The notes under the pieces are model-generated. The model saw nothing but the letters and a program-made list of their open reading frames with translations. It did not search any database and was not told where the DNA came from. A stretch of DNA of 53,994 bases from an uncultured Gemmatimonadaceae bacterium. Its GTDB lineage: Bacteria; Gemmatimonadota; Gemmatimonadetes; Gemmatimonadales; Gemmatimonadaceae. A program made the translations under genes and the position numbers. Positions 19,330 to 30,627 of the stretch are shown in pieces; within the stretch, counting starts at the first letter, position 1; each line of letters opens with the position of its first letter. Location of the stretch: the NCBI GenBank assembly GCA_963822945.1, contig CAWGJO010000038.1, forward strand, positions 1 to 53,994, in the 5' to 3' direction.

Positions 19330-21829
19330 TCAGCTCCCCGTCTTGACGTCCTGCGCCGAGATCCGGTGCGTTTCCGGATACGGCACCGAATCCCCCTTCA
19401 TCTGCCGCCAGAGGATGTGATTGAACAGCGCCATGTTCGACATGTCCTCGACCTTCAGGTCGAGCCGCCGCGATTCGCGGGCGCCGCGCCCCGTGCTCGG
19501 ATTCAACGCGTCCAGTGACGTGGCCGGCGTGAGGGCCGTGTAGGGCGTGAGGTCCGGCGTGCTGGCCCAGATGTGCCGAAGCGGGCGTCCGTAGTAGTCG
19601 AACTGCGACATCGACTTCAGCCCGAGTATCTCCTCGATGGTGCGCAGCACGTCGGTGGTGTTCGTCCACCGGTGAATCGTCCCCGGCCGGTTGTACGCCG
19701 AAATCACTTCCATCGGCGAGCGGTGCGAATCCACGTGGTCGGGCCCGTTCTGGGCGTCGTCCTCGAGCACGAAGATCACCGTGTTCTTCCAGTACGGGGA
19801 GTGCGATACCGCCTGCACGAGGCGCCCCAGCGCCAGATCGTTGTCGGCCATCGCCGCCCACGGCGTCGGCATACCGGCTGCCGCGCCCGACGTGTGATCG
19901 TTGGGCAGCCGCACGATCTCCAGCGCCGGCAGCGAGTCGTTGCGCACGTACGCGTCGAACTCCTTCTCCCACATGTCCACGCGATGCTGGTCGCGGATCT
20001 TCAGGTCGAAGCCCGGATAGTCGGGATCGGTGTGCGCCTTGAGAAATGGCTTATCGCCGCGGTAGCCCGCCGGCAGCGCGTCGTCGGGGTCCACGGAGCC
20101 CGGCACCACGAACTCGCCGTAATTGCGGAAGGTGATCCCCTTCCGGTGCGCCAGGTCCCACAGGTAGCCGTTGGCCGGCGCGTTGGCGTCCTCCTCCGGA
20201 ATGCGCGTTCCTCCGGCGCCGAAAATGGCGCCCTCGTACTCGTACGGACGCCCGCGGTCGGAATACTGCGACTGCACCGTCTTCTCCAGATAGTCGGTGG
20301 CGTACGCCGCCGTGGACCAGTTGTGCCCGTCGGCGCTCACCTCGGCGTTCACGAAGAAGCGGTCGAACAGCCCGAACCGGTCGGCGATGGCGTGGTGGTT
20401 CGGCGAGTCCTTGCGCGGGAAGAACACGAGTGACGAATCGCCGTCACCCGACGCCATGTCGCCGAACACCTCGTCGTACGTCCGGTTCTCCTTGATGATG
20501 TAGATGACGTGCTTGAAGGGCGGGTAGGTTCCCGCGCGGTCCGTCGCGCCGTCCCACCCGTTGGCCCGGGTGACCCGCGCGCTGAGCCCGGCGAGCTCCG
20601 CACCCGTCGCGGCCGCCACCGGCGCCATCATTACCGAGCCGTCGAGCTGGCCCAGCGTGTAGTTGCGCCCCCTGCTGTGAGCCGCGCTGAGGATCGGCCA
20701 CGGCCCCGCGGGGTTGGCGCGCGTCCCCATGCCCTTGGACGTGGCCACGAACAGCGTGTCGTGAAACGCCGCGACGAGTGACGGATACCACGCCGTGGGG
20801 ATCCGCCCCGCCAGCAGGTCGCTGCCCGTGGCGGTCGGAATTCCCGACGTCGTCGGGCGCCAGGTCGAACACCGCGATCGCGTTCGCGTCGGCCTCGGCC
20901 ACGTACAGGCGCGTGCCGTCCGGCGAGAGCGCGAGCGCGTTCGGTGTGCTTCCCTCGCCGGGGCCGGCCGGCGGCGGATCGAGCAGCGTCTCGATCACGC
21001 GGTGGTCGTGCGTGCCCACCACGATCACGCGGTCCGTGCTCCCGGACGCGACGAACAGCCGCGTCCCCGTGCGGTTCAGCAGGAGCGCCGATGGGTGGCG
21101 GCCCACCCGGATCTCCCGGGCGGTGTAGCCGTCACCGGCCGGCGTGAACTCCGAAACCGTGAAGCCTCCCCACGCCGACACGTACACGTTGCCGGCTGGA
21201 TCGACGACCACGCCGTACGGATACGAGCCGGTGGCGTAGCGGTGCAGCACCTGCCCCGTGGCAACGTCTATCACGGCCAGCGAATCGGCCAGATTCTCGG
21301 CCACGTACAGGCGCCGTCCGTCGGGCGAGAATGCGATGCCGGCCGGGTAGCGCGTGCCCGACCATCTGGGATTTCGCTTCACGGCCAGCACGATGCTGTC
21401 GCGGAGCGTCGCGTGGCCCGCCGCCCAGTCATAGCGATAGATCACGTCCTGGTTGCCCCCCGAGGCATACAGCATGTGGCCGTCCGGGGCGAACGCAATG
21501 CCGATGAACGCGGCCGGCTGTTCGAGCGTCTGCGTCACCGCGCCCGTCGCGCGGTCGACGATCTGCACACCCTGCGTCGTCCAACCGTCCATCGACATAG
21601 CGACATGCGCGCTGTCGGGGGCCACGGCCATGCCGAGCGGGAACGACAGCACGGGGTGCTGCGGGGCGGCAGGATCGAGGTGGACGCCGGTGGGCAGGCG
21701 GCCGATGGTGGTGCCCAGGACATGGCCGTCCTGCGGCGATTGCGGGGGCGTGGCCTGGCACGCGGCCAGCGCGAGCAGGGTGAGCAGGGCGGTCGAAGCG
21801 CCCGAAAGGTGGCGTCGCATGTGCACCAT
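19330..21829 (-). CDS. Lipoprotein with YncE/YVTN beta-propeller plus phosphoesterase (alkaline phosphatase superfamily) domain, one frameshift near 20856
   Basis: Lipobox LAA-C, repeated SPDG..LYVA; removing one C gives ...GRIPTAWYPS...; C-terminal KHVIYIIKENRTYDE, SADGHNW, LPNDHT and EDDAQNGPDHVDSHRS. Confidence 0.85.
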
Positions 21830-22018
21830 GGTATGCGGTCTCGAAGCGATGAAGCTTCAAGTTATCGGCGGGGAAGCGGGCCGCCAGCGGGTCACGGTTG
21901 CGCCGCCGTATCACATCGCCCACGATTCGAGTACCCGAGCCCCGGCGGCGCGAGCCAGGTCGCCGGGAAACGCATCCGGCGCGGGCGTCGCGCGCCTCCC
22001 GGCCACATGGAGATCTCG

Positions 22019-23551
22019 ATGAGCGATCAATCCGCACCGCTGTCCGGTCCCGATTTCGGCGCCGGCGTTCCGGGCGACACGGTCCGAGAAGCGCCCACGC
22101 TCGGCCACGCCAACGGGGAACCGGTGCTGGTGACCCGGATCGACGGCATCGCGTTCGCCGTGGGCGCGGTGTGTTCGCACTACGGCGGGCCGCTGGCCGA
22201 GGGACGCGCCGAGTCGGGGACGGTGCGCTGCCCGTGGCACCACGCCTGCTTCTCGCTGCGGACGGGCGCCAGCCTCCGGCCGCCGGCGCTGTTCGATCTC
22301 CCGCGCTACCGCGTGGAAGAGCGTGGAGGAATGGTCTCCGTCCACGAGCGCGTCGAGCCGTTCGTGCCACAGCGCCGAACGTCCGCGCGCCCCACCTCGG
22401 TGGTGATCGTGGGGGCCGGCGCGGCCGGCAATGCGGCGGCCGAGACGCTGCGTCGCGAGGGGTACGATGGCCCGGTGACGCTGGTGGATCCCGACCCCGG
22501 CGCCCCCTGCGACCGGCCGAATCTGTCCAAGGACTATCTCGCCGGCACGGCCCAGCCCGAGTGGATCCCGCTGCACGGGCCCGAGTTCTACGAGGAAAAG
22601 CGCATCGAGATCCGGCGCGCGCGGGCGGCCGCCATCGACACCGCGGCGCATACGGTGACGCTGAACGACGGGGAGGCCCTCCCCTACGGCGCGCTGATCC
22701 TGGCTACCGGCGCCGATCCCATCCGGCTGCCGATTCCGAACGCCGGGACTCCGGTCTTCACGCTGCGCACGCTGGCCGACAGCGACGCGATCATCGCCGC
22801 CGCCGGCAGCGCCAGGCGTGTCGTGGTGCTGGGGGCGAGCTTCATCGGCCTCGAGGCCGCGGCGTCACTGCGTGCCCGCGAGCTGGAGGTGCACGTCGTG
22901 GCGCCGGAGGCGCGGCCGCTGGAACGCGTGCTCGGTCCGCAGCTCGGAGACTTCATCCGGGCGCTGCACGAGGAGCACGGCGTGCGGTTCCATCTGGGGC
23001 GTTCGGCCTCCGGGTTCGGCGCCAACACCGTCGTGCTCGACGACGGCGCCACGCTTCCCGCCGATTTCGTGGTGGCCGGTGTGGGCGTGCGGCCGTCCGT
23101 GCGCCTGGCCGAGGCGGCGGGGCTCGCCATGGATCGGGGGGTCGTGGTCGACGAGCGCCTGATGACGAGCGCCCCCGACTGCTATGCCGTCGGCGACATC
23201 GCGCGGTGGCCCGATCCGCACACGGGCGACGCCATCCGCGTGGAGCACTGGGTGGTGGCGGAGCGGCAGGGCCAGACCGCGGCGCGCAACGTCCTCGGAG
23301 CGGGCGAACGGTTCGACGCCGTGCCCTTTTTCTGGAGCCAGCACTACGACGTGGCCATCAACTACGTGGGCCACGCGGAACGATGGGACGAGATCGTGGT
23401 CGACGGCGACCCGTCGGCGCGCGACTGCACGGTGCGCTATGTCGTCGGGGGGCGCGATGCCGCGGTGGCCACCATCTATCGGGACCACGCGAGCCTGGAG
23501 TTCGAAGTGGAGATGGAGCGGCGCGGCGGCGCGGCGCCGCTGCGGGCCTGA
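22019..23551 (+). CDS. Rieske [2Fe-2S] + FAD/NAD-dependent oxidoreductase (AIFM3-like ferredoxin reductase fusion)
   Basis: CSHYGG and CPWH Rieske ligands; GAGAAG, DRPNLSKDYL, LATGA, GASFIGLE, AVGDIA and VPFFWS. Confidence 0.92.
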   Translation: MSDQSAPLSGPDFGAGVPGDTVREAPTLGHANGEPVLVTRIDGIAFAVGAVCSHYGGPLAEGRAESGTVRCPWHHACFSLRTGASLRPPALFDLPRYRVEERGGMVSVHERVEPFVPQRRTSARPTSVVIVGAGAAGNAAAETLRREGYDGPVTLVDPDPGAPCDRPNLSKDYLAGTAQPEWIPLHGPEFYEEKRIEIRRARAAAIDTAAHTVTLNDGEALPYGALILATGADPIRLPIPNAGTPVFTLRTLADSDAIIAAAGSARRVVVLGASFIGLEAAASLRARELEVHVVAPEARPLERVLGPQLGDFIRALHEEHGVRFHLGRSASGFGANTVVLDDGATLPADFVVAGVGVRPSVRLAEAAGLAMDRGVVVDERLMTSAPDCYAVGDIARWPDPHTGDAIRVEHWVVAERQGQTAARNVLGAGERFDAVPFFWSQHYDVAINYVGHAERWDEIVVDGDPSARDCTVRYVVGGRDAAVATIYRDHASLEFEVEMERRGGAAPLRA

Positions 23552-24544
23552 TCAGCGCGCGGCGCGCTCCAGGCGGTCGCGCACGCCGGCCCACTCCGCG
23601 GCCGCCGGGACGCGCTCCACGAGCACGAGGTCGCACTCGAGTTCGTCCAACGCGTGCAGTTCGGCGTACAGCCGGCTCGCGTAGGCGCCGGCGATGCGTG
23701 GCATCACGCGGGCATCGCTCACCGGAAGCGGGTCGAAGGCCAGACTGCCCACGCGGGCGCCGTCCACGGCCGCGGCCGTCGCTTCGGCGATCGCGGCCGC
23801 GCGCGTGTCATCGTCGAACAGCAGCAGGCGGGCCCGCGGCGCATAGTGGCGGTCCACCATTCCCGGTGACGAGCGCGCCGCGCCCTCCTCCACCGGCACC
23901 GGAGTCTCGTTCACCGAACCCACGACGTCCGCGATCTGCGCGGCGCTGATCATTCCCGGGCGCAGCACGCGCGGCGTCGGCCCCGTGAGATCGACCACCG
24001 TCGATTCGATGCCCACCGTGGTGGGGCCGCCGTCGACCACGAGGTCCACGACGTCGCCCAGGGATTCCGTGACGTGGGCGGCCGTGGTCGGCGACAGCTC
24101 CGTGAACCGGTTGGCGCTCGGCGCCGCCACGGGAATGCGCGCCTCGCGCAGCAGCGCGAGCGCCACCGGGTGGGCCGGCACCCGCACGGCCACGGTGCCC
24201 AGTCCGGCCGTGATCGCGTGGGGCACCACGTCGCGCTTGGGGAGCACCAGGGTGAGCGGCCCCGGCCAGAACGCGCGGGCCAGCAGCTCGGCGCTCCGCG
24301 GCCAGTCCGACACCAACGCCTTGGCGCCTTCGGCGTCGGTCACGTGCACGATGAGCGGGTTGTACGACGGCCGCCCCTTGGCGGCATAGATCCGCGCCAC
24401 GGCCGCCTCGTCCAGCGCATGCGCGCCGAGCCCGTAGACGGTCTCGGTGGGGAAGGCCACGAGCCCGCCATGGCGCAGCGCCTCGGCGGCCACGCGCAAC
24501 GTGGCGCGGTCTGGGTTGGACGGGTCCACACGCAGCAGCTCCAT
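23552..24544 (-). CDS. sua5: Threonylcarbamoyl-AMP synthase, Sua5 type
   Basis: VAFPTETVYGLG, KGRPSYNPLIVH, FWPGPLT, APSAN, ESTVVD and PGMVDRHYAP plus the C-terminal Sua5 domain. Confidence 0.95.
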   Translation of the reverse strand: MELLRVDPSNPDRATLRVAAEALRHGGLVAFPTETVYGLGAHALDEAAVARIYAAKGRPSYNPLIVHVTDAEGAKALVSDWPRSAELLARAFWPGPLTLVLPKRDVVPHAITAGLGTVAVRVPAHPVALALLREARIPVAAPSANRFTELSPTTAAHVTESLGDVVDLVVDGGPTTVGIESTVVDLTGPTPRVLRPGMISAAQIADVVGSVNETPVPVEEGAARSSPGMVDRHYAPRARLLLFDDDTRAAAIAEATAAAVDGARVGSLAFDPLPVSDARVMPRIAGAYASRLYAELHALDELECDLVLVERVPAAAEWAGVRDRLERAAR

Positions 24545-24652
24545 GGGGTAGGGAAGCTAATGCGTCCGTGGCGGCGTCGTCGCGGCGCAGCGTATGTTAC
24601 CAACCGCGGCGCGCCGACCTCCGGGGCGCCCTCCGTTCACCCCCGCATCCGC

Positions 24653-26393
24653 ATGCACGCTCGCCGACTGCTGATCGCCTCGCTCGTCGCCGCCCTTCCG
24701 GCGGCCGCGCAAACGCCGCGTCCGGCGCCGCCGCCGGCCATCGCGCGCGACTTCTCGCTGGTCCGCAACGAATATTCCGGGCAGAACGCGCTGGACGTCG
24801 TCGCGTTCATGGACCACTACTTCCGCGTCCCGGGCAACACCGGATTCAACGCCAGCCTCGACCGCGTGCGCGACATTCTGGAGCAGCGCGGGCTACCAGG
24901 ACGAATCAAAGGCGTCGCCGGGTGCGCGGTTGACCTATCGCATCGAGACGCGGCCGCTGCGCGGTCCGACGTGGGAGCCGGTGGATGCCTCGCTCACCAT
25001 CGTCGGCCAGCCCGCCCCGCTGCTCCGATACGCCACCAACCGGAACATGCTCGCCATCGACTCGTACTCCACGCCGGCCGGCGGCACGACCGCGCCGCTG
25101 GTGTTCGCGGGGCGGGGCAGCCCGGCCGAACTCGACTCGGCGCACGTGGAGGGAAAGGTGGTGCTGGTGGAGGCGCCGGTGCGCCGCGTCTTCACGGAGG
25201 CAGTCACGAATCGGGGGGCCGTGGGCGTGCTCGGCTACTCGATGCCGGCGTACACCCAGCCCGACGTGCATCCCCACTCCATCCAGTTCACGCAGATCCC
25301 GCTCGACTCCGTGCACAAGCGCTGGGCGATGCCGCTCTCCAAGGCGGCGTACGATTCGCTCCGCTCCGCGCTCGGCCGCGGGCCCGTGCGCGTGCACGTG
25401 GAGACCGACACGCGCATCTATCCCTCGGTGGAGCGCACGCTGATCGCCGAGGTGCTGGGCCGCATCTCACCCGACGAGCGATTCGTGTTCAGCGCCCACG
25501 TGCAGGAGCCCGGCGCCAACGACAATGCCAGCGGTGTGGGCACGCAGGCGGAGATGGCGCGCACGCTTGCCGCGCTGCTGACGCGCGGGGAGATCGACCC
25601 CGGCCGCACGATCACCATGATCTGGGGCAATGAGATCGAACAGACGCAGAACTACCTGGCCGGCGACTCGGTGCGCACGCGCAACATTCACTGGGGCGTG
25701 AGCCTCGATATGACCGGCGAGGACACCCGAAAGACCGGAGGCACCTTCCTCATCGAGAAGATGCCCGACCCGTCGGCGGTGTGGACCCGCGGCGATGACC
25801 ATCATACGGAATGGGGCGGAAGCCCGGTGCCGCTCTCGATGCTGCGGCCGCACTACTTCAACGACTTCATCCTCGACCGCTGCCTCGACCAGGCCGCGGC
25901 CACCGGATGGGTGGTGAAGACCAACCCCTACGAGGGCGGCAGCGACCACACGCCGTACATCCAGTACCACAAGCCGGGGCTGCTGTTCTGGCACTTCACC
26001 GACGTCTACTACCACACCGACGGCGATCGCCTGCCCATGGTGTCGCCCGACGAGATGAAGAACGTGGGCGTTTCGGCGCTCGCCTCGGCGCTCACGCTCA
26101 CCAGCGCCGACGGCCCCACGGCGCGCGCGCTCGTGACCCAGATCGACGCCGACGGACGGGCGCGGCTCGATCGCGAGTACGCGTTGAGCGCGGCGGCGGT
26201 GCGCGAGGGAAAGCCGGCCGCGCATGAGGTCGAGATCCTCACCGCGTGGAAGCACTGGTACGTGGGCGCCATCGGCACCATGCGCGACATCGAGGTGGGC
26301 GGTTCCTCGCCCCAAACCCTGACCGCCATCGACGACGCGTCGCACGACATCGGCGCCTACGCCGACCGCCTCATCGCCCAGATCGCGCAGTGA
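24653..26393 (+). CDS. Secreted M28 family peptidase with PA domain, one frameshift near 24887
   Basis: Signal peptide at 24653; frame change restores AGYQDESK...LTYRIE; SAHVQEPGANDNASG, SLDMTG, GGSDH and YYHT. Confidence 0.85.
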
Positions 26394-26968
26394 GCGGCAT
26401 CGAGTGGATCGCCGCGATCGCGGGAGCGATCAGCGTGTACCTCAGTGCGCGCGAGAACATCTGGAGCTGGCCCACGGCGATCGTGAACGTGGGGCTCTAC
26501 ATCTTCATCTTCCGCGAGAGCGGGCTGTATTCGGACATGGGCCTGCAGGTGGTCTACCTCGTTCTCTCGATCTACGGGTGGTACGAGTGGCTGCACGGGG
26601 GCGCGAACAAGACCAAGCTCGAGGTTTCCAAGGCGTCGGGACGCGTCTGGCTCATCTCGGGCGTGGCCGGCGTACTCGGCTGGGTCGTCATCTGGTCCAT
26701 CACGCGGCGGCTGCACGGCGTCTCCATTCCGTCCATCGACGCGGGGCTCACCGCCACGAGCCTGGTGGCCCAGTGGATGATGACCCGCAAGATCCTCGAG
26801 AACTGGATACTCTGGATCATCGCCGACATCGTGTACGTCCCCATGTACATCTACAAGCACCTCTACGTCACATCGGGGCTGTACCTGGTGTTCCTCGTGC
26901 TGGCGATCATGGGACTCGTCGAATGGAAGCGGAGCTTTCAACGCCATCGGTCGCCCGCGTCGTCCTGA
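26390..26968 (+). CDS. pnuC: PnuC-family vitamin transporter (nicotinamide riboside/thiamine/riboflavin family)
   Basis: GTGA overlap with the M28 stop; IWSWP, LQVVY...YGWYEW, DAGLT..SLVAQWMMTRKILENWILWI. Confidence 0.92.
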   Translation: MSGIEWIAAIAGAISVYLSARENIWSWPTAIVNVGLYIFIFRESGLYSDMGLQVVYLVLSIYGWYEWLHGGANKTKLEVSKASGRVWLISGVAGVLGWVVIWSITRRLHGVSIPSIDAGLTATSLVAQWMMTRKILENWILWIIADIVYVPMYIYKHLYVTSGLYLVFLVLAIMGLVEWKRSFQRHRSPASS

Positions 26969-27477
26969 CCGGGTCGGAGTCCACCGGCAAGACCACGCTG
27001 GCGCACCGGCTGGCCCGGCACTACGGCACGGTGGCGTCGCGCGAGTTCGTGCGCGAATACGCCATCGCGCGCGGCAATCAACTCGGCTTCGAGGATCACG
27101 GCCCGATTGCCCGCGGACAGATGGCCGCCGAGGACGAGGCGGTGGCGCGGGCGCACGGCGTGGCGTTCATCGATACCGACCTCGTGAGCACCGTGGTGTA
27201 TTGCGAGCACTACTACGGGCGCTGCCCGGCGTGGATTGCGGAAGCGGCCGTGGCCCGCGCCGGCGATCTCTACCTGCTGATGAACATCGACGTGCCCTGG
27301 GTGCCCGACCCGGCCCGCGACCGCGGCGACCGGCGGCCCGAAATGCACGCGCTCTTCCGCGACCGGCTCGACGCGCTCGAGCTGCCGTATGTGGAGATCG
27401 GCGGCGACTGGGACCAGCGCTTCGCCGCCGCCGTGCGGGCGGTGGACGCCCTGCTGGCGCGGCGGGCCGCCGGTTAG
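26923..27477 (+). CDS. NadR-type kinase domain protein (AAA_28), stand-alone
   Basis: LTGSESTGKTT P-loop, EFVREY, IARGQ, DTD and DVPWVPDPARD; overlaps pnuC by 46 nt; no HTH or NMNAT domain. Confidence 0.88.
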   Translation: MEAELSTPSVARVVLTGSESTGKTTLAHRLARHYGTVASREFVREYAIARGNQLGFEDHGPIARGQMAAEDEAVARAHGVAFIDTDLVSTVVYCEHYYGRCPAWIAEAAVARAGDLYLLMNIDVPWVPDPARDRGDRRPEMHALFRDRLDALELPYVEIGGDWDQRFAAAVRAVDALLARRAAG

Positions 27478-28865
27478 GCCACTGCCGCCTGCTCGTCGTC
27501 CACGTGCAGGCGGCGCAGTTCGCCCCGGAACAGCGCCGCCACCCGGAGCGAGAGGAACAACGCCACCGACGACAGCCCGACCACGAATCCCCACCAGAGC
27601 CCCGTGGGCCCGGCGCTGGTGCGGAATCCGAAGTAAAGGCTCACCGGGAGGCCCAGCAGCCAGTACCCGATGAGCATTGCCACCAGCGGCGCCCGCGTAT
27701 CGCCGATGCCGCGCAGTACGCCGGCCGCCACGGCCTGGATGCCGTCGAACACCTGGAACACCCCCGCCACCGGGATGAGCAGCGAGGCGATGGCGATCAC
27801 CGCGGCGTCGCCGGTGAAGAGTTGGGCCAGCCATTCGGGCACGGTGAGGAACAGCAGCGCCGTCAGCGACATGAACCCCGCGCCGCAGACGAATGCCACC
27901 CGCGCCGCGCTCCTGGCGCGGTCGGAATCGCGCGCCCCGATGGCGTGCCCCACGCGCACCGCCGCCGCCGTGGAGATGCCCACCGGCACCATGAAGGTGA
28001 GCGACGCGAGCAGGATGGCGATCTGGTGCGCCGCCACCTGCGCCGTGCCGAACAGTCCCATGAGGAGCCCGATCGAACCGAAGGCACCCACTTCGAGCAC
28101 CTGCTGGAATCCGATCGGCACGCCGATGGCGAGCATCCGCGCCAGCGGTCTGGCCCGCAGGGAATCGGGGCGCACCGCCGACAGATGCGGCCGGAGCGCC
28201 GGCCAGGCCAGCGCCAGCAATCCCAGAAACATGAGCCACCGGCTGACCACGGTCGCCGTTGCACTCCCCACCACGCCGAGTGGGGGCGAGCCCAGGTGCC
28301 CGTAGATGAACACCCAGTTGAGTCCCGCGTTGAGGACGTTGGACGCGAAGATCGTGATCACGATCGGCGCCAGACGACCCATGGCCTGCAGGCTCTGGCG
28401 AAGCACCACGAACGCGAGAAAGGGCAGGATGCCGGCCATCGAGATGCGCACGTACGCCGCCGCATCGGGAATGATCTCGGCGGGCTGTCGGGCCAGCGTG
28501 AATACGGGTGCCGCCGGCGCCATCATGAGCGCGCACAATACGCTCAACGCCACGCAGAGCGCGAGCCCGCGCTGGATGCCTCGCGATACCGCCGGCTCGT
28601 CGCGCGCGCCCACCGCCTGGGCCACGATCGGATCGAGCGCGAACAGGGTGCCCATCGCGAACACGATGACGTTGAAGAAATAGATGTTCCCCAGCGCCAC
28701 CGCGGCGAGGGCGCGCGCCGAGACGTGCCCCACCATGATCGAATCGATGACGCCCATGCCCATGAGGCCCAGCTGGACTACCACCACCGGGAGGGCCAGC
28801 GCCATGAGCGCGCGGAACTCGGTGCTGAACAGGTGGATGACGGACGTGCGCCGGATCACTGGCAT
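27474..28865 (-). CDS. MATE family efflux transporter (NorM-like)
   Basis: DSIMVGH, LNWVFIYG, LGVVGSATAT, AAHQI, FQVFDGIQ, GVLRGIGDT; about 12 TM segments. Confidence 0.93.
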   Translation of the reverse strand: MPVIRRTSVIHLFSTEFRALMALALPVVVVQLGLMGMGVIDSIMVGHVSARALAAVALGNIYFFNVIVFAMGTLFALDPIVAQAVGARDEPAVSRGIQRGLALCVALSVLCALMMAPAAPVFTLARQPAEIIPDAAAYVRISMAGILPFLAFVVLRQSLQAMGRLAPIVITIFASNVLNAGLNWVFIYGHLGSPPLGVVGSATATVVSRWLMFLGLLALAWPALRPHLSAVRPDSLRARPLARMLAIGVPIGFQQVLEVGAFGSIGLLMGLFGTAQVAAHQIAILLASLTFMVPVGISTAAAVRVGHAIGARDSDRARSAARVAFVCGAGFMSLTALLFLTVPEWLAQLFTGDAAVIAIASLLIPVAGVFQVFDGIQAVAAGVLRGIGDTRAPLVAMLIGYWLLGLPVSLYFGFRTSAGPTGLWWGFVVGLSSVALFLSLRVAALFRGELRRLHVDDEQAAVA

Positions 28866-29035
28866 GGGCGAGGGGGAGAGAGCGGGTGTCCCGTAATCTC
28901 ACCAGTGAGGCAACGCCCTGCCACGCCGCCGTTTGCAGGAATCTTGTACGGGACTGACCCATTCTCGTTGACAAACGGGGCCGGGCTGGACTTCTTCCGA
29001 GGAACCACTCACCGCCACCGCACCGGACCCCCCGC

Positions 29036-30616
29036 ATGAAGCCGCGTTTCCGCACCGCTGCCGTTACCGCTCTGCTGTTCCTGCCCATCGTGGCCGGCGG
29101 CTTCCTGCTCCAGGAACCGCCCGCCCGCGCGAACGTCCAGCTGTTCGACCAGGTGCTGACGCTCGTTTCGCGGCGGTACGTCGATTCGCTGCCGGCCAGC
29201 GACATCTACGCCAAGGCGGCAACCGGGTTGGTGGAGCAGCTGCGCGATCCGTATTCGCAGCTGTTCACTCCCAAGGCGAGTGAGGATTTCGCGCGCGGCA
29301 CCGGCGGACGCTATGGCGGCACCGGCATGCTCCTGGGCGAGGACTCGGCGGGCACGTACGTGGCGCAGGTGTTCCCGCACACGCCGGCCGAAGAGGCGGG
29401 CGTGCAGGAAGGCGACCACATCATCGCCGTGAACGGCAAGAGCGTGATCGGCGTCTCGAGCGTGGACATCGCCACGAAGCTGCGGGGCGAGGTCGGCACC
29501 AAGGTGGAGGTGGGCTACCACCGCAGCGGCGTACCCCAGCCCATCGACATCTCGTTCGTGCGCCGCGAGGTCCACATTCCCGCGGTGCAGTACGCCACGA
29601 TGCTCGACGGCAGCGTGGGCTACATCCCCATCCAGACGTTCAACGAGAACGTCGTGGAAGAGGTGACCGCTGCGGTCAAGAAGCTCTCGGCGCAGGGCGC
29701 CAAGGGGTACGTGATCGATCTGCGCGGCAACGGCGGCGGCATCGTCGATCAGGCGCTCCAGTTGAGCAGCCTGTTCCTCAAGGATTCCCAGGAAATCGTC
29801 AGCGTCCGCTCGCGCGGTCAGCCGGACGAGATCTCGCGGGCCGGCAAGCAGCACATGCTGACGGGTATCCCGCTGGTCGTGATGACGGACGGCGGCACGG
29901 CCTCGGCCTCGGAGATCGTGGCCGGCGCGCTGCAGGACCACGACCGGGCCCTGGTGGTCGGGACCACCTCGTTCGGCAAGGGACTCGTGCAGTCGGTGTA
30001 CGGACTCGACGGGGGCTACGCGCTCAAGCTCACCACCGGCAAGTGGTACACGCCCAGCGGCCGGTCCATCCACCGCGAACGCAAGCTCAACGATGCGGGC
30101 CAGCTCGTGGAAGTGCGCCCCGATTCCATGGAGACCGACTCCGAGCGGCTCGCGCGGCCCAAGTACAAGTCCGATGACGGGCGCATCGTGTACGGCGGCG
30201 GCGGGATCACGCCGGACGTCGTGGTGCGTGGCGACACGATCACCACCCTCGAGCAGCAGTTCTTCCGGTCGGTGGCGCCCAGGGCGGGCATCATCAGCAC
30301 CGAGCTGGACCAGTACTCGCGGCAGCTCAAGGACAGCCTGAAGACGCCCACGCTCCAGCTCAAGCCGGCGTGGACGCAGCATCTGATGGCGACCCTGCGG
30401 GCCAAGGACGTGAAGATCGAGCCCAAGTTCGTGTCGGTGGCCGATTCGATTCTCGCCGAGCAACTGGCGGTGCGCACCGTGAGCAAGGCATTCGGCGACG
30501 GCGTGGCCAAGCAACTCACGCTGAGCGAGGACAATCAGCTGGTGCGGGCGGTGGACCTGCTCAGGCAGGCCTCGAGCCAGCAGCAATTGTTCGCCGTGGC
30601 CGCCCGCGGCAAGTAG
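29036..30616 (+). CDS. ctpA: Carboxyl-terminal processing protease (S41, PDZ)
   Basis: LRDPYS, PDZ domain, IDLRGNGGG, TASASEIVAGALQDH, SFGKGLVQ and GGITPDV. Confidence 0.93.
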   Translation: MKPRFRTAAVTALLFLPIVAGGFLLQEPPARANVQLFDQVLTLVSRRYVDSLPASDIYAKAATGLVEQLRDPYSQLFTPKASEDFARGTGGRYGGTGMLLGEDSAGTYVAQVFPHTPAEEAGVQEGDHIIAVNGKSVIGVSSVDIATKLRGEVGTKVEVGYHRSGVPQPIDISFVRREVHIPAVQYATMLDGSVGYIPIQTFNENVVEEVTAAVKKLSAQGAKGYVIDLRGNGGGIVDQALQLSSLFLKDSQEIVSVRSRGQPDEISRAGKQHMLTGIPLVVMTDGGTASASEIVAGALQDHDRALVVGTTSFGKGLVQSVYGLDGGYALKLTTGKWYTPSGRSIHRERKLNDAGQLVEVRPDSMETDSERLARPKYKSDDGRIVYGGGGITPDVVVRGDTITTLEQQFFRSVAPRAGIISTELDQYSRQLKDSLKTPTLQLKPAWTQHLMATLRAKDVKIEPKFVSVADSILAEQLAVRTVSKAFGDGVAKQLTLSEDNQLVRAVDLLRQASSQQQLFAVAARGK

Positions 30617-30627
30617 CCGCCCACGCG

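Noticed and set aside
20795..22018. 408-aa N-terminal extension of the Rieske-FAD reductase (918-aa ORF)
   Set aside because: Overlaps the phosphoesterase gene on the opposite strand; a GGAG RBS precedes the ATG at 22019.
27474..28865. MATE protein as the flippase for the pilin glycan cassette
   Set aside because: It has NorM-type drug efflux motifs, lies over 20 kb away and is not linked to the cassette.
28968..28996. TTGACA upstream of ctpA as a sigma70 promoter
   Set aside because: No acceptable -10 hexamer at 16-18 bp spacing.
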